From contig OZ241867.1 of assembly GCA_965203175.1 (NCBI GenBank), forward strand, positions 5,824,001-5,888,000: a stretch of DNA of 64,000 bases. The letters are read 5' to 3'. The position numbers and the translations under genes were made by a program. Position 1 is the stretch's first letter; each line of letters starts with the position of its first letter. A model generated the notes under the pieces. The model was given only the letters and a program-made list of their open reading frames with translations. It was not told the DNA's origin and made no database searches. Source of the DNA: Candidatus Latescibacterota bacterium. Its GTDB lineage: Bacteria > Latescibacterota > UBA2968 > UBA8231. Below, piece after piece: positions 19,927 to 27,890 of the stretch.

Positions 19927-20487
19927 ATGCGCCGACTCAACCTCCACCAATTTAAGACAGTTCTCGCGTTTGCCCTACGACTGGCGATGTGTGCTGGCGT
20001 CGCCGCGTCGGCACAGGAAGAAGGCGAGGACAGCACCATATCCTGGTCCCTGACGCTGAAGACGATCCGCGCCGAGTTTCCGACAGTCGCCCATATATCG
20101 ACCGATACGCTGCAATCCTGGCTCGACGAATCTACAAATCGGGAAAACCTCCTGCTGTTCGACGCGCGAGAACCCGAGGAATATGCCGTCAGCCATCTGC
20201 AGGATGCCCGGTCAGTCTCCTCGAAAGACGAAGCTCTGAAAGCGCTTCAAGGAGTATCATCGAACCGGCCTATCGTTTTGTACTGTTCCGTGGGGCACCG
20301 TTCGTCGGAACTTGCCCAGTTTCTAATGAAAAAGGGATATACGGAGGTCTATAATCTAGAAGGATCAATCTTCGCTTGGGCAAACGAGGGACGACCAGTT
20401 TACCGGGGAAAGGAGCAGGTGAAGGTCGTCCATCCCTATGACAAAACCTGGGGCAGATTATTGAAGGAATCACTGCGAAAACAGTAG
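19927..20487 (+). CDS. Exported rhodanese-like domain protein
   Basis: Signal-like N-terminus, DAREPEEYAVSHL, active loop YCSVGHRS, NLEGSIFAW. Confidence 0.85.
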   Translation: MRRLNLHQFKTVLAFALRLAMCAGVAASAQEEGEDSTISWSLTLKTIRAEFPTVAHISTDTLQSWLDESTNRENLLLFDAREPEEYAVSHLQDARSVSSKDEALKALQGVSSNRPIVLYCSVGHRSSELAQFLMKKGYTEVYNLEGSIFAWANEGRPVYRGKEQVKVVHPYDKTWGRLLKESLRKQ

Positions 20488-20508
20488 CAGGCCGCGCCTG
20501 TTACAGGT

Positions 20509-21714
20509 CTACCCTTGCTCCTGTCGGCTGATGAATTGGCCCAATAGCGGCACTGCAAAGGAATACTTGCCATGTCGATTCTTGTACACCAGTCCTTGGG
20601 AGGCAAGGGCGACGAGCATCTGATTGACATGGCTACTGCTGAACGGTTTGTCCAAGGCTCGCTTGGATTCCCCGACCACTTCTTGGACCGTGAACTCATC
20701 GTCGCAATTCTCAAGCCGAGAAATTACGAACAGCAACGCCCTCTGCCGATCAGATGCACGAGCCCATCGCCCGGCAAAGAAGTCTGTGTCGAGTTTCTGT
20801 TCGATCCCCGCAGTGGGAACCGACGCGCTCTCCCCCTTATCGATCCTCTGAATGAACGCGTCGTACACCTCTCTGCAGATGAACTGGATGAAGTACGGAT
20901 AGCCGCCGGACATGTTGATTATCGTGTTAACGGAATTGTCACTAAGACGCACCGGGCACTCAGCATCTTCTACCGGTTCCCGAATTGCCTCCTCACTTTC
21001 CGACTTGTTGAGGCTCTGCAGAAACACGACTCTAAACATTCTCTCGGAAAACGTCCGGGCTTCCACTAGCTTGGGGAACAACGTCGGAAGGCCGGTCAAG
21101 ACGAGCATCAAAGGCAGGCCCTTTCTCTGCAGAGACTGAAAGCAATCGAGTAGTAAAGACAGAGGAAACTGGTCCTTTGCCGACTGGTCGGTGAGGTTTT
21201 GTGCCTCATCGTAGGCGAATATGATCCCGCGTATGTTCTGCTCCTTCGATAGAGCACGCCACACGATTTCCAGAACCCCCTTGATCTTGTCGAGCGACAG
21301 ACCAGGGATGTGGTTGTAGATCTCTATGAGAGCTTGGTAGGTAAGGGTTCGCGAGACTTGGTCTGTGTCAGCGACAAATCCGACGCGACGCACCTCTTCG
21401 GTTTCCACGACTAGGCTCGAGGTGACCGGAGATAGGTCTGTGCAAAGCCGGATAGCCATGTTGTGCTCGCTGATACTTGTGGACTCGGAAAGATCGGTCC
21501 CTACCCACACCCACCCGCGGCTCATTGCCAGAGGCTTGAACGAGTCGAGGAGCACCGTCTTTCCTACTCCTCGAAGCCCCGTCAGGACCATGTTTTCCAG
21601 AATCGTGCTTTGCCCGAGCAGGCGACGAAACTCTTCACGCTCCTCATGTCTCCCGGCCAAATATGGCGGGTGGTGGCCAGCACCTGGACGAAACGGGTTT
21701 GAGAACTCAGCCAT
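20509..21714 (-). CDS. AAA ATPase (AAA_16/STAND-like) with C-terminal winged HTH
   Basis: NPF.PG....P..LAGR, Walker A GLRGVGKT, Walker B FAYDEAQ, GGYPYFIQ, C-terminal L..GLVYK..HG.Y.F..PL. GGAGG RBS. Confidence 0.85.
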   Translation of the reverse strand: MAEFSNPFRPGAGHHPPYLAGRHEEREEFRRLLGQSTILENMVLTGLRGVGKTVLLDSFKPLAMSRGWVWVGTDLSESTSISEHNMAIRLCTDLSPVTSSLVVETEEVRRVGFVADTDQVSRTLTYQALIEIYNHIPGLSLDKIKGVLEIVWRALSKEQNIRGIIFAYDEAQNLTDQSAKDQFPLSLLLDCFQSLQRKGLPLMLVLTGLPTLFPKLVEARTFSERMFRVVFLQSLNKSESEEAIREPVEDAECPVRLSDNSVNTIINMSGGYPYFIQFICREVYDAFIQRIDKGESASVPTAGIEQKLDTDFFAGRWARASDRQRALLFVISRLENCDDEFTVQEVVGESKRALDKPFSSSHVNQMLVALASQGLVYKNRHGKYSFAVPLLGQFISRQEQG

Positions 21715-21740
21715 GTCGATATTCACCTCCGTAAAGTCAA

Positions 21741-21776
21741 TTGACTAAATTTATATAATAATATTAATTTAGTCAA
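21741..21776. promoter_or_regulatory. Perfect 11-bp inverted repeat, putative operator (TTGACTAAATT-N14-AATTTAGTCAA)
   Basis: Read directly in the very AT-rich divergent intergenic region between the ATPase and the methyltransferase. Confidence 0.6.
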
Positions 21777-21803
21777 TCAAGTAATCATAAATTAATAAAT
21801 GTC

Positions 21804-21905
21804 TTAGCTATAATACGCCTGCCGACGCTCCAACTACTCACCCCAGAGGCCACCATGTCCGACACCCCTATCTCCATCAGCTCCAACCGCCAACTACTGC
21901 TTGAT
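21804..21905 (+). repeat. Diverged ~102-bp direct repeat, copy 1 (-10 box, RBS and first 17 codons of gene 25611)
   Basis: Aligns without gaps to 25560-25661 with about 13 mismatches. Confidence 0.9.
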
Positions 21906-21926
21906 TTGGAGCATCCCTTATCGTAA
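21855..21926 (+). pseudogene. Truncated 5' remnant of the gene at 25611 (23-aa mini-ORF)
   Basis: MSDTPISISSNRQLLLDLEHPLS* versus MPNTPITIGSDRQLLLDLRLID in the intact gene. Confidence 0.75.
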
Positions 21927-21953
21927 GCTCAGTTTATTGAACGCAACCTAATT

Positions 21954-23609
21954 ATGAGGCTCGGCCAAGCAGTGAAAAAGGACTCGACCTACCGGGCGCA
22001 GCCTGCGCCATCGGCATTCCCTGTTCCCCAAGAGGGTGAACGGCCCGTTATCTATGCAGATCGCGTAGGGGAGTATTACGTCGAAAGGAAATCCGACGAA
22101 CACCGCAAAAATCACGGTCTATATCTCACGCCAGTCCCCGCCGCGGATTTCATGGCCAGATGGATCAAGGTGAGCGGGCCAAAGCTGCGGGTCCTCGATC
22201 CCGCCGCGGGAGCAGGTATTCTCTGCTGTGCGGCCATAGAGGCGCTTGTCTCCCGCGATTCAATGCCAAATATCATCGAACTGGTCGTCCATGAAGTCGA
22301 TAGAGACCTGATCGCGCCGCTACAGGCCGTTATCGACTATCTTGTCGACTGGTGCCGTAGCCGTGGAGTGAAGGTCGCCGTGCAGGTCGAGGCGACCGAC
22401 TTCATCATAGCGCACGCCGAGACATTGCGTTCGCTCGGCGGACTCTTTCCCTATCGGTCGGTAGCCGAAGACTTTGACATCGTTATCGCCAATCCGCCTT
22501 ACTTCAAGATCAGCAAGGCTGACCCGCGTGCGAGTGCTGCTTCCACCGTAGTTCACGGCCAGCCAAACATCTACGCTCTCTTCATGGCGGTCAGTGCCGT
22601 ACTACTGCGCGAAAATGGAGATTTCGTATTTATCACACCTCGAAGTTTTACGTCCGGCCCTTACTTCAGGCAGTTCAGAAACGTTTTCTTTGACATGATC
22701 CGACCAACGGAAGTCCATGTGTTCGGCTCTCGACGCGACGCCTTCAGTCGGGACGAGGTGCTACAGGAGAACGTCATTGTCTCCGGCACCCGTTATAATC
22801 TCCGGCGTTGGGACAAGACCGACTCGCCGTTTGTCATTTCATCAAGTCGCGGGGTCCGTGATATCGGTGAATCCGACCGTCGCGAGATTCCGTTAAACAC
22901 GGCTCTCGACCTCGATTCCACAAACAAGATTCTCCGCTTGCCGATCTGTGAAGGAGATGACGACGTGTTGGCTCTGGTGGATTCATGGCCGGAGAGCCTC
23001 CGCAGCTTCGGCCTAGATATCTCGACCGGCCCCGTAGTCGCCTTCCGTGCAACGGAGTTTATAGACAAGGAAGGCAAGGTGCCGGATAGCCATGTCCCGC
23101 TCCTATGGATGAACCATGTACACGCTATGCAGGCCACTTGGCCGCTCAACGGACACAAGCCAGAGTACATCAAGCGTTCCGGCACCGAGGCACTTCTGCT
23201 ACCGAACAGGAATTATGTGCTCATGCGCCGCTTTAGCGCCAAGGAAGAGGCGCGCCGGCTGACCGCGGCTCCCTACATCGCGACGGAATTTGCGACCCCC
23301 GAGGTCGGATTCGAAAATCATCTCAACTACATCCATCGGCCTGGAGGCACGCTCGCCGAAGACGAAGCATGGGGTCTGGCGGTGCTCTACAACAGCCGAT
23401 TGCTCGATACATGGTTCCGTGCGGTCAACGGCAACACTCAGGTGAGCGCCACCGAACTACGCACCATGCGGCTTCCTGCTCACCAAACGATCATCACGCT
23501 TGGTCAGTGCGTAAAACATCTCGCGAACCCCATGGAAGGCCTAGATCGGCTTGTCATGGACCTGATTGCCCATCCCGAATTGGAGGAGGCAGTCGTTGGC
23601 CAGCATTGA
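21954..23609 (+). CDS. Type II N6-adenine DNA methyltransferase (Eco57I/BsuBI-PstI-type)
   Basis: GLYLTP, motif I VLDPAAGAG, motif IV NPPY, NIYALF, FITPRSF, TGPVV.FR, ENHLNY and GNTQVSATEL motifs. Confidence 0.92.
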   Translation: MRLGQAVKKDSTYRAQPAPSAFPVPQEGERPVIYADRVGEYYVERKSDEHRKNHGLYLTPVPAADFMARWIKVSGPKLRVLDPAAGAGILCCAAIEALVSRDSMPNIIELVVHEVDRDLIAPLQAVIDYLVDWCRSRGVKVAVQVEATDFIIAHAETLRSLGGLFPYRSVAEDFDIVIANPPYFKISKADPRASAASTVVHGQPNIYALFMAVSAVLLRENGDFVFITPRSFTSGPYFRQFRNVFFDMIRPTEVHVFGSRRDAFSRDEVLQENVIVSGTRYNLRRWDKTDSPFVISSSRGVRDIGESDRREIPLNTALDLDSTNKILRLPICEGDDDVLALVDSWPESLRSFGLDISTGPVVAFRATEFIDKEGKVPDSHVPLLWMNHVHAMQATWPLNGHKPEYIKRSGTEALLLPNRNYVLMRRFSAKEEARRLTAAPYIATEFATPEVGFENHLNYIHRPGGTLAEDEAWGLAVLYNSRLLDTWFRAVNGNTQVSATELRTMRLPAHQTIITLGQCVKHLANPMEGLDRLVMDLIAHPELEEAVVGQH

Positions 23610-24534
23610 AGAAGCTAGGGAAATCCTCAAGGCACTCGGCATGCCACCGGCACAGCACAACCAGATGTCGGGTCTGACACTGATTGCCCTGTGCGGGCTG
23701 ACGCCGGATGCCCCTTGGTCAGATGCAAAACAGGGATCGTGCACCGTCACCAAGGGCATCATGGATTACGTTAAGGAGCACTACGGTACCGAATACGCAC
23801 CCAATACAAGAGAAACTTTCCGCCGTCAGGCGCTCCACCAGTTCGTTCAGGCGCGAGTCGCCGATTACAACCCGTTCGAACCCGGCCTCCCGACTAATAG
23901 CCCGCGCGCTCACTACGCCATCACGGAAGCGGCCTTGGAAGCCGTGCAGCACTATGGGACAAAAGGTTGGGATTCAGCCGTGGAAAAATTCCGCCACGAG
24001 CAGGGAACTCTTGTAGAGCGCTACGAGCGTGAACGGCTTCACACCATGATTCCGCTCAAGCTAGCCGATGGACAGGAGCTTCAGTTCTCCCCAGGCAAGC
24101 ACAACGAGGTGCAAAAAGCTGTCGTGGAAGAATTCGGGCCGCGCTTCGCTCCCGGCGCACGCCTGCTCTATGTCGGCGACACTGCCAAGAAGGACCTATA
24201 CGTAGACGAGGAGAGCCTTGACGAACTCGGCATCCCGATCACCGACCACGGCAAAATGCCGGATGTCGTGTTTTACGACGCCGAGCGAAACTGGCTGTTT
24301 CTCGTTGAGGCAGTAACATCGCACGGCCCCATGTCGCCGACGCGGGTCGCCGATCTGGAGGACATGCTTTCCGAGTGCTCCTCGGGTGTCGTTTATGTTA
24401 GTGCCTTTCCGGATTTCGAAGAATTCCGCAAGCACATGAAGAACATCGCTTGGGAAACGGAAGTATGGCTTTGCGACACCCCTAATCACATGATCCATTA
24501 CGATGGCGATAGGTTTCTCGGGCCTAGACAATGA
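23596..24534 (+). CDS. BsuBI/PstI family type II restriction endonuclease
   Basis: YAPNTRETFRRQ.LHQF, TNSP, GKHN, YVGDT..K, HGKMPDVV, EAVTSHGP and AWETEVW motifs. TTG start with GGAGGAGG RBS overlaps the MTase end. Confidence 0.92.
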   Translation: MASIEEAREILKALGMPPAQHNQMSGLTLIALCGLTPDAPWSDAKQGSCTVTKGIMDYVKEHYGTEYAPNTRETFRRQALHQFVQARVADYNPFEPGLPTNSPRAHYAITEAALEAVQHYGTKGWDSAVEKFRHEQGTLVERYERERLHTMIPLKLADGQELQFSPGKHNEVQKAVVEEFGPRFAPGARLLYVGDTAKKDLYVDEESLDELGIPITDHGKMPDVVFYDAERNWLFLVEAVTSHGPMSPTRVADLEDMLSECSSGVVYVSAFPDFEEFRKHMKNIAWETEVWLCDTPNHMIHYDGDRFLGPRQ

Positions 24535-24710
24535 TCTCGAACGACTGCGGGCGGGCCAATCAACAGGTGTTGGGCGAAGAGTATCTGCTGGGCAGTTCTT
24601 TCCAGCGAGAGCCATTGCCTAGATTCGAGAGACGGTCTACATTTTATCGGATTTGGCTATTATGCATCCGCTCCAAATGATACTGTTCAGTAAATATAGA
24701 AGAATGCGTT

Positions 24711-24980
24711 TTGACGAATAAATGCTATATCATCTCCTACGACATGGCCGGAGGCGATGATTATGACGAACTCCATGATGCCATCAAGGCATACGGCACT
24801 TGGGCTCACATCACTGAGTCGACATGGGCAGTGGTGACCGAGTATAGTGCAAAAAAGATTCGCGATGATTTGGGCCAATACCTGCCGAATGGGAGCCGTC
24901 TTCTCGTCGTAAAGTCTGGCGTTGAAGCGGCTTGGCGAAATCCAATCTGCCGCAACGAATGGCTAAAGAAGCACCTTTAG
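24711..24980 (+). CDS. Small Cas2/VapD-like ferredoxin-fold protein (orphan, no cas genes)
   Basis: 89 aa. N-terminal YIISYD strand, then Y..L..AIK..G.W..I.ESTW and a RLLVV strand, matching the Cas2-like pattern. Confidence 0.65.
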   Translation: MTNKCYIISYDMAGGDDYDELHDAIKAYGTWAHITESTWAVVTEYSAKKIRDDLGQYLPNGSRLLVVKSGVEAAWRNPICRNEWLKKHL

Positions 24981-24981
24981 T

Positions 24982-25362
24982 ATGTCCCAAACGGAGAGTA
25001 GCGGCGAAAAATCTGTCAGGATTCGGCGAGGTCCAGTCGATTCGCTTTCACTATACGAAATTACGGATTACGAACTGGATACCCTTGAAAGAGGAGGTCC
25101 TTCGAACCTTTTCCTAAACTTTGGCATTGCTCTACTATCCATCAGCATTTCATTCCTCATCGCTCTGTTCACAACACAGATAACCTCCGATCGTACCTTT
25201 ACAGTGTTTGTCATCATTGCTGTTATTGGTTCAGTCAGCGGTATCGTGTTGATGTTTCTGTGGTATTTCAATCGGAAGTCAATAGCCTCATTGATCCAAA
25301 AAATCAAGGGTCGAATCCCAGCCGACGAAGTGGGACCAACTGAGCAAGATGAAGATACATAG
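24982..25362 (+). CDS. Hypothetical two-transmembrane protein
   Basis: Starts 1 nt after the upstream stop. Two hydrophobic helices (LFLNFGIALLSISISFLIALF and FTVFVIIAVIGSVSGIVLMFLWYF) follow a soluble YEITDYELDTLERG segment. Confidence 0.75.
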   Translation: MSQTESSGEKSVRIRRGPVDSLSLYEITDYELDTLERGGPSNLFLNFGIALLSISISFLIALFTTQITSDRTFTVFVIIAVIGSVSGIVLMFLWYFNRKSIASLIQKIKGRIPADEVGPTEQDEDT

Positions 25363-25541
25363 AGAATCTTGAGATAGCCGAAGAGACCATTCTATTCATT
25401 CCCGACGAGGTGCGGCAGCGCGCTATCGTCGGCAGTAGTCTATTTATAGCCCCTAGTACCATTGCGACTCCGGAATCTTTTTCAATCGTCAGCCTCTGTC
25501 GCCGTCAGAAAACGGTACCTATCCCCAACCAGACGGCCAAG

Positions 25542-25570
25542 TTGTAAACCAGCCCTACGTTAGCTATAAT
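25542..25570 (+). promoter_or_regulatory. Sigma70-type promoter TTGTAA-N17-TATAAT
   Basis: Perfect -10 box and 17-bp spacing, 40 nt upstream of ATG 25611. Confidence 0.7.
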
Positions 25571-25661
25571 ACGCCCGCCGACACTCCAACTACCCACCCC
25601 CGAGGCCACCATGCCCAACACCCCCATCACCATCGGCTCCGACCGCCAACTACTACTCGAC
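25560..25661 (+). repeat. Diverged ~102-bp direct repeat, copy 2 (intact locus)
   Basis: Matches 21804-21905. Confidence 0.9.
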
Positions 25662-26987
25662 CTCCGCCTCATCGACGAGCTACAAGACGCCCGCCAAGTC
25701 CTCCACCAGCCCGTGCGCCGCAACGCCGCAGTGCGCATCGACCACCCCTATGAAGAAGGCGGCCTCGCCTACGCCGTGCTCTTTAAAGACGGCGACCGCT
25801 TCCGCGCCTGGTACCGCTGCATTCCCCACGCCGACAACAACAAAACCGACCGCGCCTGCACCGCCTACGTCGAAAGCAGCGACGGCATCACTTGGCACAA
25901 ACCAGAGTTGGGCCTAATCGACTTCCAAGGCTCGACGGCCAATAACTTAGTCATCGACGATCCCGACCTAGTCAACTTCTCCCCGTTCCTCGATCCAGAA
26001 GCCCCAGAGCAAGAGCGCTACAAAGGCATCGGCCGGCGCGGTGCCATTTATACTGCGACTTCGCCCGACGGCTTCCACTGGCGCAAAAACCCCGAACCCG
26101 TGCAGACCGAAGGCCCGTTCGACTCGCACAACATCGCCTTCCGCGACCCGTGGACCGGCCAGTACGTCATGTACACCCGAGGCATTCGCAGCGACGGCGA
26201 ACTAGGCCACGGTGCCACTCGCGCCTTTAAGGAAGGCGTGCGCTGGATTCGCCGCGCCACCTCCGACGACTTTGTTCACTGGAGTCCGCTAGAAGCCATC
26301 GACACCGGCGATGCGCCGCTGGAGCACATGTACACCAATTCCTGCGTTCCCTACGAGCGTTCACCCGGTCTCTACCTGATGTTCCCCTCGCGCTTTGTCA
26401 ACAGCCGCAGCCCCACGCCCGGCTGGCCGTACCCCGGGGTCAACGACGGCGTGCTAATGAGCAGCCACGACGGCCTCCACTTCGACCGCCTCTTCCCCGA
26501 GGCTTTCGTGCGCCCGGGGCCCGACCCCGGCAATTGGCACGACCGCAGCGTGTACATCATGCGCGGCCTGCTGCGCACCGGACCCGCCGAACTGTCGCTC
26601 TACATGACCGAGAACTGGCGTATGCCCACCTCCTGCATCCGCCGCCTGACCATGCGCCTCGATGGCTTCGCCTCGGTACAAGCGCCCTATCGCGGCGGCC
26701 AGTTCACCACCAAGCCCCTGATCTTCAGCGGCGATCAGTTGAGGCTCAATATGGCCACCTCCGCGGCCGGCAGCATCCGCGTCGAGGTCCAAGACGAAAA
26801 CGGCAAGCCCTTCCCCGGCTTGGCGCTAGCGGACTCGCCCGAGCTTTTTCAGGATCAGACGGACTTAGCAGTGGAATGGGAATCGGGCGCGGAGGTAGGC
26901 CCGTTGGCCGGACGGCCAGTGCGCCTGCACTTTGTCATGTACGACGCCGACCTGTACGCACTGCGCTTTTGCCGCAAAGAAGAATAG
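25611..26987 (+). CDS. Hypothetical glycosidase-like beta-propeller protein with C-terminal beta-sandwich
   Basis: Asp-box-like S.DG..W repeats, KP.LGL, FDS.N..F.DP, RLDGFAS, TTKPL and DADLYAL motifs. Confidence 0.65.
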   Translation: MPNTPITIGSDRQLLLDLRLIDELQDARQVLHQPVRRNAAVRIDHPYEEGGLAYAVLFKDGDRFRAWYRCIPHADNNKTDRACTAYVESSDGITWHKPELGLIDFQGSTANNLVIDDPDLVNFSPFLDPEAPEQERYKGIGRRGAIYTATSPDGFHWRKNPEPVQTEGPFDSHNIAFRDPWTGQYVMYTRGIRSDGELGHGATRAFKEGVRWIRRATSDDFVHWSPLEAIDTGDAPLEHMYTNSCVPYERSPGLYLMFPSRFVNSRSPTPGWPYPGVNDGVLMSSHDGLHFDRLFPEAFVRPGPDPGNWHDRSVYIMRGLLRTGPAELSLYMTENWRMPTSCIRRLTMRLDGFASVQAPYRGGQFTTKPLIFSGDQLRLNMATSAAGSIRVEVQDENGKPFPGLALADSPELFQDQTDLAVEWESGAEVGPLAGRPVRLHFVMYDADLYALRFCRKEE

Positions 26988-26999
26988 GAGACAGAACCC

Positions 27000-27884
27000 A
27001 TGTACCAATCAGTAGATGTCGCCGCCATTTCCTTCCGGCCTAAAAAATTCGACCTAGCCGGCAATGCCGACCACTTGGAAGCCATGTTCCGCGCCGCCGC
27101 CAAAGGCGGTGCCCAACTGGCCTTGGCACCCGAAGGGGTGCTAGAGGGCTATGTAGTCATGGAACTGATCACGGAGGAGGAACCGGAAGAACGGATGCGG
27201 GACGTGGCCGTCACCACGCGCGGCCCGGTCATTGGCCGCTTCCGCGAGCTGGCCCGCGAGTTGGGAATATGCCTCGCCTTTGGGCTAGCCGAGCGCATCG
27301 GCGACGATGTGTACAACTGCGCCGTCTTCATCGACCACCGAGGCCGCCTGTGCGGCAAGTACCACAAAATGCAACTGGCCGAAGGCTATCATCCCTCCTG
27401 GTGGTACAACCGCCTCGGTGCTCATGCCCACGCTTTTGACACTCCGTTTGGCCGCTGCGGCTTCCTCATCTGCAACGACCGCTGGAACCCCGACATCGCC
27501 CGCATCCCAGTGCTCGACGGAGCACAGTACCTGCTCATTCCCTCCTACGGCTCCCGTTCCAAGGAGCAAGACCGCGCCGTGTTGGCCCGAGCGCGCGAAA
27601 ACGGCGTCGCCATTGTCGAGGCCAACGTCGGCGTCACCTTGGTCATCAGCAAAGGAGAAATCGTCGCTCTGTCGCGCCGGGTAAGCGAAATCACCTACGC
27701 CACCATCGAAATCCCAGCCCTACCTTCGGCGCGCAACCGCAACGCGCAGGAACGCAGCTTTTTGCAATGGCGGCAAACGGAAATGCGCCACCGCTACAAA
27801 CAAGGAGAGGCCAAGCGCGCCCGCTCCGGGCCGCACGACCCCGACAAGGTCAGCCACGACCAAAAGGGCCGCTTGATCCATTGA
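27000..27884 (+). CDS. Carbon-nitrogen hydrolase (nitrilase) family
   Basis: Triad in APEG, YHK and ICND; ARAREN motif; AGGAG RBS. Confidence 0.88.
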   Translation: MYQSVDVAAISFRPKKFDLAGNADHLEAMFRAAAKGGAQLALAPEGVLEGYVVMELITEEEPEERMRDVAVTTRGPVIGRFRELARELGICLAFGLAERIGDDVYNCAVFIDHRGRLCGKYHKMQLAEGYHPSWWYNRLGAHAHAFDTPFGRCGFLICNDRWNPDIARIPVLDGAQYLLIPSYGSRSKEQDRAVLARARENGVAIVEANVGVTLVISKGEIVALSRRVSEITYATIEIPALPSARNRNAQERSFLQWRQTEMRHRYKQGEAKRARSGPHDPDKVSHDQKGRLIH

Positions 27885-27890
27885 AATAGC

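Noticed and set aside
24711-25560. CRISPR-Cas locus suggested by the Cas2-like gene
   Set aside because: No cas1 or other cas genes and no repeat-spacer array are visible in the window.
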